Assembly (NCBI GenBank): GCA_037443365.1
Contig: JBBIOM010000001.1
Location: 33,693-97,692, forward strand
Reading direction: 5' to 3'
Source of the DNA: Armatimonadota bacterium
Lineage (GTDB): Bacteria > Sysuimicrobiota > Sysuimicrobiia > Sysuimicrobiales > Humicultoraceae
Length of the DNA stretch: 64,000 nucleotides
Positions 1 through 9,193 of this stretch are shown piece by piece. The notes beneath the pieces were generated by a model. That model was not told where the DNA came from. It searched no databases and saw only the letters and a program-made list of their open reading frames with translations. Position 1 is the stretch's first letter. Each line of letters begins with the position of its first letter. The position numbers and the translations under genes were made by a program.

Positions 1-182
1 AGAACCGTCAGGACCGGCAGCGCGAGCCCTAGCGTGATCACACCCACGATGATCTCGCGCCCCGCGAAAATCTCGACCATGCCCACCAGGGCGACAAAGA
101 CAGCCACCCCGCCCCAGATGAGCCCCTTCTGTGTGGCCTCGAGCCAGGGCCGTCGCTGCCTGCCGGCCAGCGCGCTCCCCAT
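1..182 (-). CDS. N-terminal part of a branched-chain amino acid ABC permease (LivM-like), truncated by the window edge
   Basis: ATG at 182, 6 nt after the livH stop. Open hydrophobic frame MGSALAGRQRRPWLEATQKGLIWGGVAVFVALVGMVEIF... Identity comes from operon position only. Confidence 0.6.
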   Translation of the reverse strand, partial: MGSALAGRQRRPWLEATQKGLIWGGVAVFVALVGMVEIFAGREIIVGVITLGLALPVLTV

Positions 183-187
183 CGCCC

Positions 188-1249
188 TCACGCCTTCTTC
201 GCCATGAGGCGCTCGCCCAGGATCCCCGACGGCCGGAAGATCAATACCATGACCAGCATGGTGAAGGCGATCACGTCCTTGAGCTGGTAGGGAGCAACGA
301 TGCCGAGCCCTTCCAGAAACAGAATCGGGCCTACCGATTCGAAGATGCCGAGGAACAGGCCCCCCAGCATCGCGCCCGGGATGTTCCCGATGCCGCCCAG
401 CACCGCGGCGGTGAACGCCTTGATGCCCGGAACAAAGCCCATGAAGAAGTGCACCTGCTTGAAGACAATGGCGTACAGGAACCCGGCCGCGCCCGCCATT
501 GAAGCCCCGACCGCGAAAGCGATCACGATCGAGCGGTCCACGTCTATGCCCATCAGCGCCGCCGCCTCCTTGTCCTCTGAGACGGCCCGCATCGCGGTCC
601 CGGTCTTGGTGCGCATCACGAAGGCGTAGAGGCCGGCCATCATCAGCACCGCCGCCACCAGCACCACTGCCTGGGTCCGCAGGATGTTGACCCCTGCGAT
701 GGCCCATGTCCCCTTGAGCACCTGGGTCTCGGGATAGGCCTGGAAGCCGGAGCCGAAGAAGCCGCGGAACGTGTACTGCAGGAAGAAGGACGCCCCGATA
801 GCCGCGATGAGCGGCACCAGGCGTGGTGATTGCCGCAGGGGCCTGTAGGCGACGCGCTCGAGCAGTAGCGCGATCAGGGTTGAAGTGGCCATCGCCACGG
901 CCAGGACCGCCAGGAGGCTCACGACAGGGTTGCGGTCGAGGTATCCGGATCGTCCGAAGGCCGCCGCTACGAAGTAGGCGGTGTACGCGCCGCTCATGAA
1001 GACCTCGCCGTGCGCGAAGTTGATCATCCGCAGGATTCCGTACACCATGGTGTAGCCCAGGGCGATCAAGGCATAGATGCTCCCTTGGGACATCCCAAAC
1101 ACCAGGAAGTCTATCCAGACCTCGCCCCCGTACCTCCGCGCAGCGACGGTGCCGATCGTACCCCAGATCACGACGGCCAGGACCACGATCCGAAAGGCCC
1201 ACAGATAGAGGTCTGTGACCGAGAGTCTCCAAGCCCAGCTACGCTGCAC
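188..1249 (-). CDS. livH: Branched-chain amino acid ABC transporter permease LivH
   Basis: Motifs GSIYALIALGYTMVYGILRMINFAHGE and KAFTAAVLGGIGNIPGA. Start moved to GTG 1249, behind GGGAGG. Confidence 0.92.
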   Translation of the reverse strand: MQRSWAWRLSVTDLYLWAFRIVVLAVVIWGTIGTVAARRYGGEVWIDFLVFGMSQGSIYALIALGYTMVYGILRMINFAHGEVFMSGAYTAYFVAAAFGRSGYLDRNPVVSLLAVLAVAMATSTLIALLLERVAYRPLRQSPRLVPLIAAIGASFFLQYTFRGFFGSGFQAYPETQVLKGTWAIAGVNILRTQAVVLVAAVLMMAGLYAFVMRTKTGTAMRAVSEDKEAAALMGIDVDRSIVIAFAVGASMAGAAGFLYAIVFKQVHFFMGFVPGIKAFTAAVLGGIGNIPGAMLGGLFLGIFESVGPILFLEGLGIVAPYQLKDVIAFTMLVMVLIFRPSGILGERLMAKKA

Positions 1250-1265
1250 GCTAGCCTCCCCGCCT

Positions 1266-1306
1266 AACAAGGGGGATGAGCCGGTTCTCGTGCGGGCTCA
1301 TCCCCC
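1266..1306 (-). terminator. Terminator-like hairpin between the binding-protein and permease genes
   Basis: Perfect 12-bp stem GGGGGATGAGCC (1271-1282) / GGCTCATCCCCC (1295-1306), followed on the minus strand by TTGTT. Confidence 0.65.
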
Positions 1307-1341
1307 GGAATCGCGCGTCGGTTACCGGCGGCTTGTGTAGG

Positions 1342-2598
1342 CTACGGGTAGACCTTCTTCGGGTTCTTCCCCGGATCCCACTTCGCCGGATCCGCCGACA
1401 GGGTCTGGTAGATAGCGATCTTCGGATCCGCGCAGTCGCCGAACCTATCGCAGGTCAGGGTGCCGGTCAGGCCCTTGAAGTTCTTGGTCGCGAACAGGGC
1501 GTCGCGCAACGCCTTTCGCCCGATGTAGGTGTTGCCGGCCGCGTCCTTCTTGGCCACCTTCGTGATCGCGGCGAAGATCATGTTGGCGGCGTCGTAGGCG
1601 TGGGGGTGGAATGGCGCCAGCGGCTTCTCGCCGTACCTCTTCTGGTGCTTGTCCAGGAACACCTTGTAGGCCGGGCCCAGGGCTTCTGGCGACAGATCGG
1701 GGCTGGAATGGTACATCCCCACTGCCGCTTCCCCGGCCGCCTTCATAAAGTCAGGGGAGAACATCCCGTCGGCACCCATCAGCTTGGCGTTCGCCAGGCC
1801 CGAGACCTCCTTGACCTGGCGCGTGATGTGCCCGCCCGCGGCGATGAAAATGGGGTAGTAGATCATGTCGGGCCTGCCCGCCGCGATCTTGGTCAGCATG
1901 GGGCGCATGTCAGTGTCGGTGGGCGAGATCGCTTCCTGGGCGGTTACGGTGCCGCCGAGCTTCCTGAAGGTCTCGGTGAACACCCCCGCCAGCCCCTCCG
2001 CGTACGGGCTGCCGTCGTGGATCGTCGCGGCCTTCCTGAGCTTGAGGGACTTGTAGACGAACTCCGCGGCCACCCGGCCCTGCACCTTGTCGTTGTGGGC
2101 GGTGCGCAGGTACCCATCGTAGGTCGGCCCCCGGTCAGGAGCGGTCAGCTTGGGCGCGGTGTTCGATGGGGAAACGGTCACGATGCCAGCCTTCCAGAGA
2201 ATGGGAGCCCCTGGCACGGCCTCGCTGGAGCAGTTGGAGCCGACCGCGGCCACGATCGCCTTGTTGGCGGACAGTTTGGTCGCCGCGGTCACACCGCCCT
2301 CCGCGTTGCACCCGGTGTCCTCGCCGATCAACCTGATGGGATGGCCCAGGAGCTTGCCGCCCTTGTCGGCGATGGCGATCTCGACACCGCGCTTGGTGTC
2401 GGTACCCAGGCTGGCGTCCGGGCCGGCGACGACCATCCAGTAGGCGATGGTGAGAGGCGCACCCTTGGCGATCCTGACTACGCCGACCGGGTCCGTGACC
2501 GGACCGACCGTCGCCGCAGGAGCCGCCGGAACGAAGTACTGGCCTCCTGCCAGCATCAGGGCAAGAACGAGAGCAATCGGAATCCTGCTGCGCTTCAT
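1342..2598 (-). CDS. livK: Branched-chain amino acid ABC substrate-binding protein (LivJ/LivK family)
   Basis: Sec-type signal without a lipobox. Motifs EDTGC, GSNCS, SPSNTAPKLT, RTAHND, AYDAA. Adjacent to livH. Confidence 0.88.
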   Translation of the reverse strand: MKRSRIPIALVLALMLAGGQYFVPAAPAATVGPVTDPVGVVRIAKGAPLTIAYWMVVAGPDASLGTDTKRGVEIAIADKGGKLLGHPIRLIGEDTGCNAEGGVTAATKLSANKAIVAAVGSNCSSEAVPGAPILWKAGIVTVSPSNTAPKLTAPDRGPTYDGYLRTAHNDKVQGRVAAEFVYKSLKLRKAATIHDGSPYAEGLAGVFTETFRKLGGTVTAQEAISPTDTDMRPMLTKIAAGRPDMIYYPIFIAAGGHITRQVKEVSGLANAKLMGADGMFSPDFMKAAGEAAVGMYHSSPDLSPEALGPAYKVFLDKHQKRYGEKPLAPFHPHAYDAANMIFAAITKVAKKDAAGNTYIGRKALRDALFATKNFKGLTGTLTCDRFGDCADPKIAIYQTLSADPAKWDPGKNPKKVYP

Positions 2599-2661
2599 CC
2601 TCTGTCTCTCCCTCCCTGGACCTGGAATCCTCCGCGCCTGTTCGGGCGGAAGTATCTGACG

Positions 2662-2689
2662 GTTCGCCGCCGCCGGGCCGGGTTCCTCC
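2662..2689 (-). promoter_or_regulatory. Sigma-H-like promoter of livK
   Basis: GGAGGA-ACCCGGCCCGGCGGCGGC(18)-GAAC on the minus strand, intergenic. Confidence 0.5.
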
Positions 2690-2692
2690 CGG

Positions 2693-3607
2693 CTAGCCCC
2701 GGAGCAGGTTGCGCAGTATGAACATGAGGTTGGCCGGGCGTTCGGCCATGCGCCGCATCAGGTAAGGGTACCAGTGGGTCCCGAAGGGCACGTAGATCCT
2801 CACCCGATGACCCGCCCGGAGGAGCCCCGCCTGTAGATCCCGGCGGATGCCGTAGATCATCTGGAACTCGTAGCGCTCCCGCGGAATGCCTTCGGCCTCC
2901 ACCTGAGAGAGGGCGGCCTGGATCAGTCGCTCGTCGTGCGTGGCGATGGCATGACAGACGGGATCGCGCAGCAACCGCTGCTGGATGCGCAGGAAGCTCG
3001 CGTCCACGTCCCTCTTGCGCGGATAGGCGATCGTCGCCGGCTCGGCGTACGCGCCCTTGCAGATGCGGATGGGAACACCCGTCTCCAGCAGCCGCCCGAC
3101 GTCGTCCTCGCTTCGATAGAGATACGCCTGGATCACCGCCCCCAGGCCCGAATACCCCTCGGCCCGCAGTCGCGTAATGATCTCAAGGGTCCGGTCAACG
3201 TAGGGGGAGTGCTCCATGTCAACGCGGACGAACCGTCCGTCCACCCGGGCCGCGTCGAGCACCCGGCGCAGGTTATCCGCGGTCATGCCGGCGTCGAGAT
3301 CGAGCCCGAGCTGGGAGAGCTTGACCGAGATGTAGCAGTCCGCCCGACGACCGCGCAACCGGACCGCCGCCTCGGCGTAGGCGTCGGCCGCGACCCTGGC
3401 GTCGGCCGGCGAAGCGGTCTTCTCCCCCAGCAGGTTCAGGGAGAGGAGATACCCCTCCGCCGCCATCCGGTCCACGACCTCCAGCGCTTCGTCAAGGGTC
3501 TCACCGGCCACGAACCTCCGTGCGGCGCGGCGGGCCGTCCGTTGCCTCTGTGCGAATAGGCGCAGGCGGTCGTTCTCGGAGAGCGCAAGCATCACCTGGC
3601 GGAGCAT
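2693..3607 (-). CDS. Monofunctional proline dehydrogenase
   Basis: Motifs RFVAGE, ISVKLSQLG, VRVDME, IRICKGAY, IATHD, EFQMIYGIR, YVPFG..WYPYLMRRMAERPAN. Confidence 0.95.
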   Translation of the reverse strand: MLRQVMLALSENDRLRLFAQRQRTARRAARRFVAGETLDEALEVVDRMAAEGYLLSLNLLGEKTASPADARVAADAYAEAAVRLRGRRADCYISVKLSQLGLDLDAGMTADNLRRVLDAARVDGRFVRVDMEHSPYVDRTLEIITRLRAEGYSGLGAVIQAYLYRSEDDVGRLLETGVPIRICKGAYAEPATIAYPRKRDVDASFLRIQQRLLRDPVCHAIATHDERLIQAALSQVEAEGIPRERYEFQMIYGIRRDLQAGLLRAGHRVRIYVPFGTHWYPYLMRRMAERPANLMFILRNLLRG

Positions 3608-3620
3608 CGTCCATCCCCCT

Positions 3621-4892
3621 CTACGGGTAGATACCTCGGATCATCACGGCGTGCGCCACGCGTTCTATGGCCTTGATCAGGGCTGCGGTCCTGAAGTCCA
3701 CGCCCCGGCCGCCGGCCACCTGCTCCACGGCCTCGAAACTGCGGACCATGATCCTGTCGAGGTTTGCGTTCACCTCCTCCTCGGTCCAGAAGAACTGCTG
3801 CAGCCCCTGAACCCACTCGAAATACGAGACGATCACTCCGCCGGCACTCGCCAGGATGTCGGGAATCACGGGGATCCCGCGCTCCGCCAGCACGGCGTCC
3901 CCTCCAGGGGTGGTGGGACCGTTTGCGGCCTCCACGACCAATCGTGCCCCGATGCGCGCGGCGACCTCCGCGGTGATCTGCCCCTCTACGGCGGCCGGGA
4001 CCAGCACGTCGCAGGGTAGCTCGAGCAGATCGCGACTGCCGACCGCCTCCGCCCCAGGAAAGCCCGCCACGGTGCCCGCCTGCCGCTTGTGCTCCGCGAG
4101 GCCGGCATGGTCGAGCCCGGCGGGGTTGAACACGCCGCCCTGGGTATCGCTCACAGCGACTATCCGGCAGCCCTGCCGCGCCAGCAGCGCCGCCACGACC
4201 GACCCCACCTTCCCATACCCCTGGATGACAACCCTGGTGCCCTCGATGCTCATGCCGAGCCGGCGCGCGGCCTCGCGCGCGGCGATGGCTACCGACCGGC
4301 CGGGGGCATCGAGCCTGCCGAACGATCCGCCGATCGCGATCGGCTTGCCGGTCACCACCGCCGGGGTAGAGTAGCCCCGGTGCATGCTGTAGGTGTCCAT
4401 GATCCAGGCCATGACCTGCGGCGTGGTCCCCAGATCCGGCGCCGGTATGTCCCTCTCCGGACCCATGAGCAGGGATATCTCGGTGGCGTACCTGCGCGTA
4501 AGGTGCTCGAGTTCCAGCGCGGACAGGGTCTTGGGGTTGACCACCACGCCGCCCTTGGCGCCCCCAAACGGAAGCCCGACCAGGGCGCACTTCCAGGTCA
4601 TCAGCATCGCCAGCGCCCTCACCTGGTTGAGGGTGACGCCGGGGTCGTAGCGGATGCCGCCCTTGCTCGGCCCCAAGACCGTGCTGTGGTGCACGCGGTA
4701 GCCGGTGAAGATGTGCACCGATCCGTCGTCCATCTTCACCGGGAAGTTCACTGCCAGTTCGCGCTTGGGAAACGCCAGGAACTCCCTGACCCCCTTCTTC
4801 AAAGGCAAGTGGTCGGCGGCGCGGTCAAACTGTGCCAGCACCGCAGCCCATGGGTCTTCCTCCGGAAGCGCCACCGTGCCTTTCGTGTTCAT
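3621..4892 (-). CDS. Glu/Leu/Phe/Val dehydrogenase (glutamate dehydrogenase family) with atypical coenzyme-site residues
   Basis: Motifs GPSKGGIRY, MTWKCA, GGAKGG, DIPAPD, VTGKP, EAANGP, VSYFEW, RGIYP. ATG 4892 behind AGGAGGAGG. Confidence 0.9.
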   Translation of the reverse strand: MNTKGTVALPEEDPWAAVLAQFDRAADHLPLKKGVREFLAFPKRELAVNFPVKMDDGSVHIFTGYRVHHSTVLGPSKGGIRYDPGVTLNQVRALAMLMTWKCALVGLPFGGAKGGVVVNPKTLSALELEHLTRRYATEISLLMGPERDIPAPDLGTTPQVMAWIMDTYSMHRGYSTPAVVTGKPIAIGGSFGRLDAPGRSVAIAAREAARRLGMSIEGTRVVIQGYGKVGSVVAALLARQGCRIVAVSDTQGGVFNPAGLDHAGLAEHKRQAGTVAGFPGAEAVGSRDLLELPCDVLVPAAVEGQITAEVAARIGARLVVEAANGPTTPGGDAVLAERGIPVIPDILASAGGVIVSYFEWVQGLQQFFWTEEEVNANLDRIMVRSFEAVEQVAGGRGVDFRTAALIKAIERVAHAVMIRGIYP

Positions 4893-4945
4893 GTGCCTCC
4901 TCCTATTCTCCGCGCGCAAGGGACAGGCCGGCGGCCCGCCCATCC

Positions 4946-5857
4946 TCATCGGGCGAGCACCGAGACAGGCACGAGCACAACACCCGCGCGGTCGAACTCG
5001 GGCAGCATCGCGGCAAGCACTCGCGGGGTGACGCGCTGAGCGTGCCCGATCGCCACCGCCTCGCCGCGGCGAAGCGCGGTCTCGATCAGGCGGCGGATCT
5101 CCTGGCGAATGGCGTCGGGATCGTTCACGTTGTCCAGGAAGATGGTGCGGGCCGCGCTTCGAACGCCAATCTCGGCGGCCACCGGGCCGGCCACCGAGTG
5201 AGGGGTCGTCTTGCTGTCGAGGAAGAAGAGAGCGCGCTCCTGGGCCACCTCGATGACGGCCCGCATGACGCGCCGGTCAGCCGTTGCGCGCGATCCCATG
5301 TGGTTGCTCACGCCGACGGCACCCGGTACCGACGCCAGTCCGGCGCGCACCGTTGCCTGGATCTCTGCGTCGTCCATCGCCACCGTCACGCCGCCAGGCC
5401 CCAGCGCCCTGGAGCCGTCCGTGGGCTCGAGCGGGAGATGCAGAATGACCTCCAGACCCGCGTCCTGGACGCGCTTGGCGATCTCTGCCGAGTGCGCCAG
5501 GCCCGGCAGCACGGCCACGGTGACCTGCCGCCCTATCGCCACTATCTCTTCCACGTCGGCCAGCGACCCGCCTGCATCGTCGAAGACGATCGCCACCCGC
5601 GCCACATGGCCGACCGGGGAGACCGTCACAGGCGCGGGACGCGGCCGCGGACGAGGTTTCGGGGCCTCGGGTTGAGTGCGGACCGCGCGCGGTGGGCTGA
5701 CCTGGGCGGGCGTCACCGCCCGCCGAGCCGAGGCGAGCCACCATCCCCCGGCAACACCCAGCAGGACGAAGACCACAACCAGCCAGGCCCTGGGCACGGC
5801 GGCCCAGGGGCGCCTGCTTGTCCCCTGCCGCGTTCCCCGCCGCCTGGATGGCGCCAT
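4946..5857 (-). CDS. Divergent polysaccharide deacetylase family (YibQ-like)
   Basis: N-terminal TM. Motifs AIVFDDAG, LHLPLEP, SNHMGSR, FFLDSKT, FLDN, AIGH. Typical position after an S41 protease. Confidence 0.9.
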   Translation of the reverse strand: MAPSRRRGTRQGTSRRPWAAVPRAWLVVVFVLLGVAGGWWLASARRAVTPAQVSPPRAVRTQPEAPKPRPRPRPAPVTVSPVGHVARVAIVFDDAGGSLADVEEIVAIGRQVTVAVLPGLAHSAEIAKRVQDAGLEVILHLPLEPTDGSRALGPGGVTVAMDDAEIQATVRAGLASVPGAVGVSNHMGSRATADRRVMRAVIEVAQERALFFLDSKTTPHSVAGPVAAEIGVRSAARTIFLDNVNDPDAIRQEIRRLIETALRRGEAVAIGHAQRVTPRVLAAMLPEFDRAGVVLVPVSVLAR

Positions 5858-7075
5858 CTAGCGTCGCTGCGCCACTCGCTGCTTGAGTACTTCGATTCCC
5901 CGCTGCAGTTGAATCGCCTGAATGCGCGTCATGTCGCCCTCGGCCTTCCCCTCGAGGCGGTCCCCGGCCAGCGTGTCAGGCCGTATCCCCTTGCCGTGGA
6001 TGTCCTGGCCTGCAGGGGTGAGGTACTTGGCGGTTGTGATGGCCGCGGCCCCGCCTCCGGTCAAGGGGAACAGGCTCTGGATCACGCCCTTGCCGAAGGT
6101 GCGCTGGCCCACCAACGCGGCGCCCGCAGAGTCGCGCAGCGCCCCTGCCAGGATCTCGGACGCGCTGGCCGTGAACTCGTTGACCAGCACCACTACGGGA
6201 ACCGTCATCTTGGCGCCTGGGCCCGCCAGGTCCGTCTTCCTCCGGCCCGACCGGTCAACCACGTGGACGACGGGCCGGCCAGCCGCCACGAACCGCTCCG
6301 CGACGTGCGTGGCCGCGGCCAGGAGCCCGCCGCCGTTGCTGCGCAGGTCGAGGATCAACCCCTGGACCCCTTCCCCTGCCAGCCGGTCGAGCGATGCCCC
6401 AACCTCCTTGGACGTCTGTTCGTTGAATGCAAGCACCCTCAGGTAGCCCAGGCGCAGATCGGCGAGTTCCCGCTGCACGCCCGGGTCAAGGGTTCCAGGC
6501 CCCTGCACGCTGACGATCTGCACGCGGGCTCGCGTGATCTCGAAGTCGCGCACCGACTCGCCGCGGCCGATCCGGAGCTTGACCCTGGTTCCTGCCGGCC
6601 CGCGGATCCGCGATACCGCCTCCTGCAGCGCCATTCCTTCTGTGGGCACCTCGTTGATGTAGAGAATGCGATCCCCGGCGCGCAGGCCTGCCCGATGGGC
6701 AGGTGTGCCCTCGATCGGCTGGACCACGATGAGATGTCGGTCGCGGATGTCGATGAAGATGCCCACCCCGAAGAAGAACCCTAGCGCATCCTGCGAGAAC
6801 TCCTTGTAGGCTCGCGCATCCATGTAGCGCGTGTAGGGGTCTCCCAGCGCCTCGAGCAGACCCCGTGCCGCGCCGTCGAACAGGCGCGAAGCCTCGGGGA
6901 CCGGGTTCAGGTACTCGCGCCGCACCTGTACCAGGAGCTCGCGTAGGAGGGCGATTCCCTGGTCGTCGGCCGACCGCGCCAGCACCGCGCGCTGTCCTAT
7001 CCCGTAGCCGGCGAGGAACACCCCCGCGGTCAGGACCGCCACCAGCAGCGCGCCGACCAACCTGCGCCGTATCAC
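5858..7075 (-). CDS. ctpA: Carboxyl-terminal processing protease, S41A family, with PDZ domain
   Basis: Motifs DPYTRY, GVGI, PAHRAGLRAGD, LDLRSNGGG, TASASE, TFGKG. Confidence 0.92.
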   Translation of the reverse strand: MIRRRLVGALLVAVLTAGVFLAGYGIGQRAVLARSADDQGIALLRELLVQVRREYLNPVPEASRLFDGAARGLLEALGDPYTRYMDARAYKEFSQDALGFFFGVGIFIDIRDRHLIVVQPIEGTPAHRAGLRAGDRILYINEVPTEGMALQEAVSRIRGPAGTRVKLRIGRGESVRDFEITRARVQIVSVQGPGTLDPGVQRELADLRLGYLRVLAFNEQTSKEVGASLDRLAGEGVQGLILDLRSNGGGLLAAATHVAERFVAAGRPVVHVVDRSGRRKTDLAGPGAKMTVPVVVLVNEFTASASEILAGALRDSAGAALVGQRTFGKGVIQSLFPLTGGGAAAITTAKYLTPAGQDIHGKGIRPDTLAGDRLEGKAEGDMTRIQAIQLQRGIEVLKQRVAQRR

Positions 7076-7103
7076 GACGGCTCACCGTCCTTTCGCACGC
7101 TCA

Positions 7104-8243
7104 TCATTCGGGGTTGACAGGCCTGCCGTTCCGCCTGATCTCGTAGTGGAGGTGGGGCCCGGTGCTGTAACCGGTGCTGCCCACGTATCCGATGATCTGC
7201 CTGCGGGAGACGGACTGACCGGTCCTGACACTGATCCTGCCCAGATGCCCGTACAGCGTGCTCACGCCGTGCCCGTGGTCGAGGATGACCAGCTTGCCGT
7301 ACCCACCGTACCACCCGGCGAAGAGCACCTTCCCGTCATGCGCCGCCGGCACCGGTGTGCCCCTGCTCGCGGGGATGTCGACTCCCGTGTGGAAGTGGCG
7401 GCGTCCGAAGAGCGGGTGACGGCGGAAGCCGAAGCGCGAGGCCACGGGCCCGGAAAGCGGCCTGACGAGGGCCGCCATGACGCGTCCCCCGGGCAGTGCG
7501 GAGCCGCCCTGAAGACGCTGGATCATCGCCTCCACCGCGGCCGAGTCCTCCTCGATCTCCCGGACGGCCTGCTCGGCCGCGGCCCGCTCGGTGATTATCG
7601 CGCTCAGCATCCGACGCTTAGCGGCGACCTGCTCCGACAGCTGCACTTCGCGCTCTCGGGTCTGGCGCGCAACCTCCTGCAGCTGCGCCTGCTGCGCCAT
7701 CAGCTCCTCGCGCAGCGCCGCGGTCCGATCGCGGTCCCGCGAGTAGGCGCTGATCAGGCGGGCGTCCTCCCGCATTATCGCGCCCACCATGCGCGACCGC
7801 GCGACGAACTCCGGAAACGACGTTGCCTGAAGAACGACGTCCAGGTAGCCAGCGAGCCCAACCCTGTGCAGGTCCACCACGCGGCCGGCCAGCAGCCCCT
7901 GGCGCTGCGCCAGCGCGGCCTCGGCCTGGGCCAGCCGAACGGCCGCGGCCTGGGTGCGGGCACGCACACGCCGCATGTCGGCCGCAAGGCGCCGCAGCTG
8001 CTCTTCGGTTGCCTCGCGCTGGCGGTCCAGCCTCTGCACCTCATCGGCCATCCGGCGCTCGCGGTGCTTCACCTGCCTCAGACGCTGGCGCTCGAGCTCG
8101 AGCTGCCGCTGCAGGCGCGACAGCTCCTCCTGCCTGGATACGAGCGGCGCGGGCAATGCGGCATCCGCAGCGTGCGGGCCGATGGTAACGGCCGCCAGCA
8201 GCACGACCGTGACCACGAGGCGGGCGCAGTCGGCCGCGCTCAT
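7104..8243 (-). CDS. Coiled-coil plus M23 peptidase (EnvC-like FtsEX partner)
   Basis: Signal peptide, long coiled coil, intact HTGVD and GPHLHYE zinc motifs. Downstream of ftsX. Confidence 0.9.
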   Translation of the reverse strand: MSAADCARLVVTVVLLAAVTIGPHAADAALPAPLVSRQEELSRLQRQLELERQRLRQVKHRERRMADEVQRLDRQREATEEQLRRLAADMRRVRARTQAAAVRLAQAEAALAQRQGLLAGRVVDLHRVGLAGYLDVVLQATSFPEFVARSRMVGAIMREDARLISAYSRDRDRTAALREELMAQQAQLQEVARQTREREVQLSEQVAAKRRMLSAIITERAAAEQAVREIEEDSAAVEAMIQRLQGGSALPGGRVMAALVRPLSGPVASRFGFRRHPLFGRRHFHTGVDIPASRGTPVPAAHDGKVLFAGWYGGYGKLVILDHGHGVSTLYGHLGRISVRTGQSVSRRQIIGYVGSTGYSTGPHLHYEIRRNGRPVNPE

Positions 8244-9193
8244 GCCCTAAGATACCTCCGGGTGCCCAGTTCGCTTCCCAGCACGCCCACGGCGATGCCA
8301 AGGAGCCACACCGCACCCAATGCCCACGGCAGCGCGGCGCGCGGCTCCAGGACGGGCAGGAACGGCAGCGATCCTGATATCTCGGCGGCCAGGCGGGTGT
8401 AGACCGCGAGCAGGACCGCGGTCGCCGCCAGGGCCGCGGCAACCCCCTGCATCAGGCCCTCGAGCACGAAGGGCCCCCGGATGAACGCGGGAGTAGCGCC
8501 CACCAGGGTCATGATCTCGATCTCCTGACGCCGGGCCGCGATCGTCAGGCGGACCGTGTTCAGCACGATCAGCAGCGCGGCCGCGCACAGCGCCCCGGCG
8601 ACCGCGGCGCCCCCTATCCGCACGGCGCGCGTGAGGGCCACAAGGCGGTCCACCACGGGCGTTCCGTAGACCACTTCCTCTATGCCGGTGGTGCGCTCAA
8701 GCGCCTCGGCGACAGCGCGCACCTGCCCTGGCCCGGAAGCGCGGATCTCGATCGAGTCCGGCAGCGGGTTCGATTTGAGATGGGCCCCGACCGATGCGAA
8801 CGATCCATAGGTCTGCTGCAGCCGCCGCAGGGCCTCGTCGCGACCCACCAGCTCAGCCGCGCGGACTCCGGGCAGGTTCTTGGCGGAAGCCAGGACGCGC
8901 TGCTGTTCCCTGGGGGTGAGGTCCCTTCGCAGGAACCCCACGATCTCAACCTGCGATTCGAGCACGGAGGCGACGTGCGCCAGGTTGATGGAGACAAGAA
9001 TCCCTCCCCCGGCCACAACAAGCGCGATGGCCATGGTCGAGGTCGCGGCAGCGGCCATCAGGCCGTTGCGTCGCAGGCCGCCGAGCGCGTCGCAGAAGGC
9101 CTGCGTTCGCGCCCATGCCGGGGGGCGTCGGCTCAGCGTACGCCCGCCCCGCACCCGCTCATCGGGCTCTCTGGTAGAGGCCTCGGTGCTCAT
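8240..9193 (-). CDS. ftsX: Cell division permease-like protein FtsX
   Basis: Motifs NPLPDS, NTVRLTIAARRQEIEIMTLVGAT..FIRGPF.LEG. Start is uncertain; GTG at 9154 is an alternative. Confidence 0.92.
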   Translation of the reverse strand: MSTEASTREPDERVRGGRTLSRRPPAWARTQAFCDALGGLRRNGLMAAAATSTMAIALVVAGGGILVSINLAHVASVLESQVEIVGFLRRDLTPREQQRVLASAKNLPGVRAAELVGRDEALRRLQQTYGSFASVGAHLKSNPLPDSIEIRASGPGQVRAVAEALERTTGIEEVVYGTPVVDRLVALTRAVRIGGAAVAGALCAAALLIVLNTVRLTIAARRQEIEIMTLVGATPAFIRGPFVLEGLMQGVAAALAATAVLLAVYTRLAAEISGSLPFLPVLEPRAALPWALGAVWLLGIAVGVLGSELGTRRYLRA

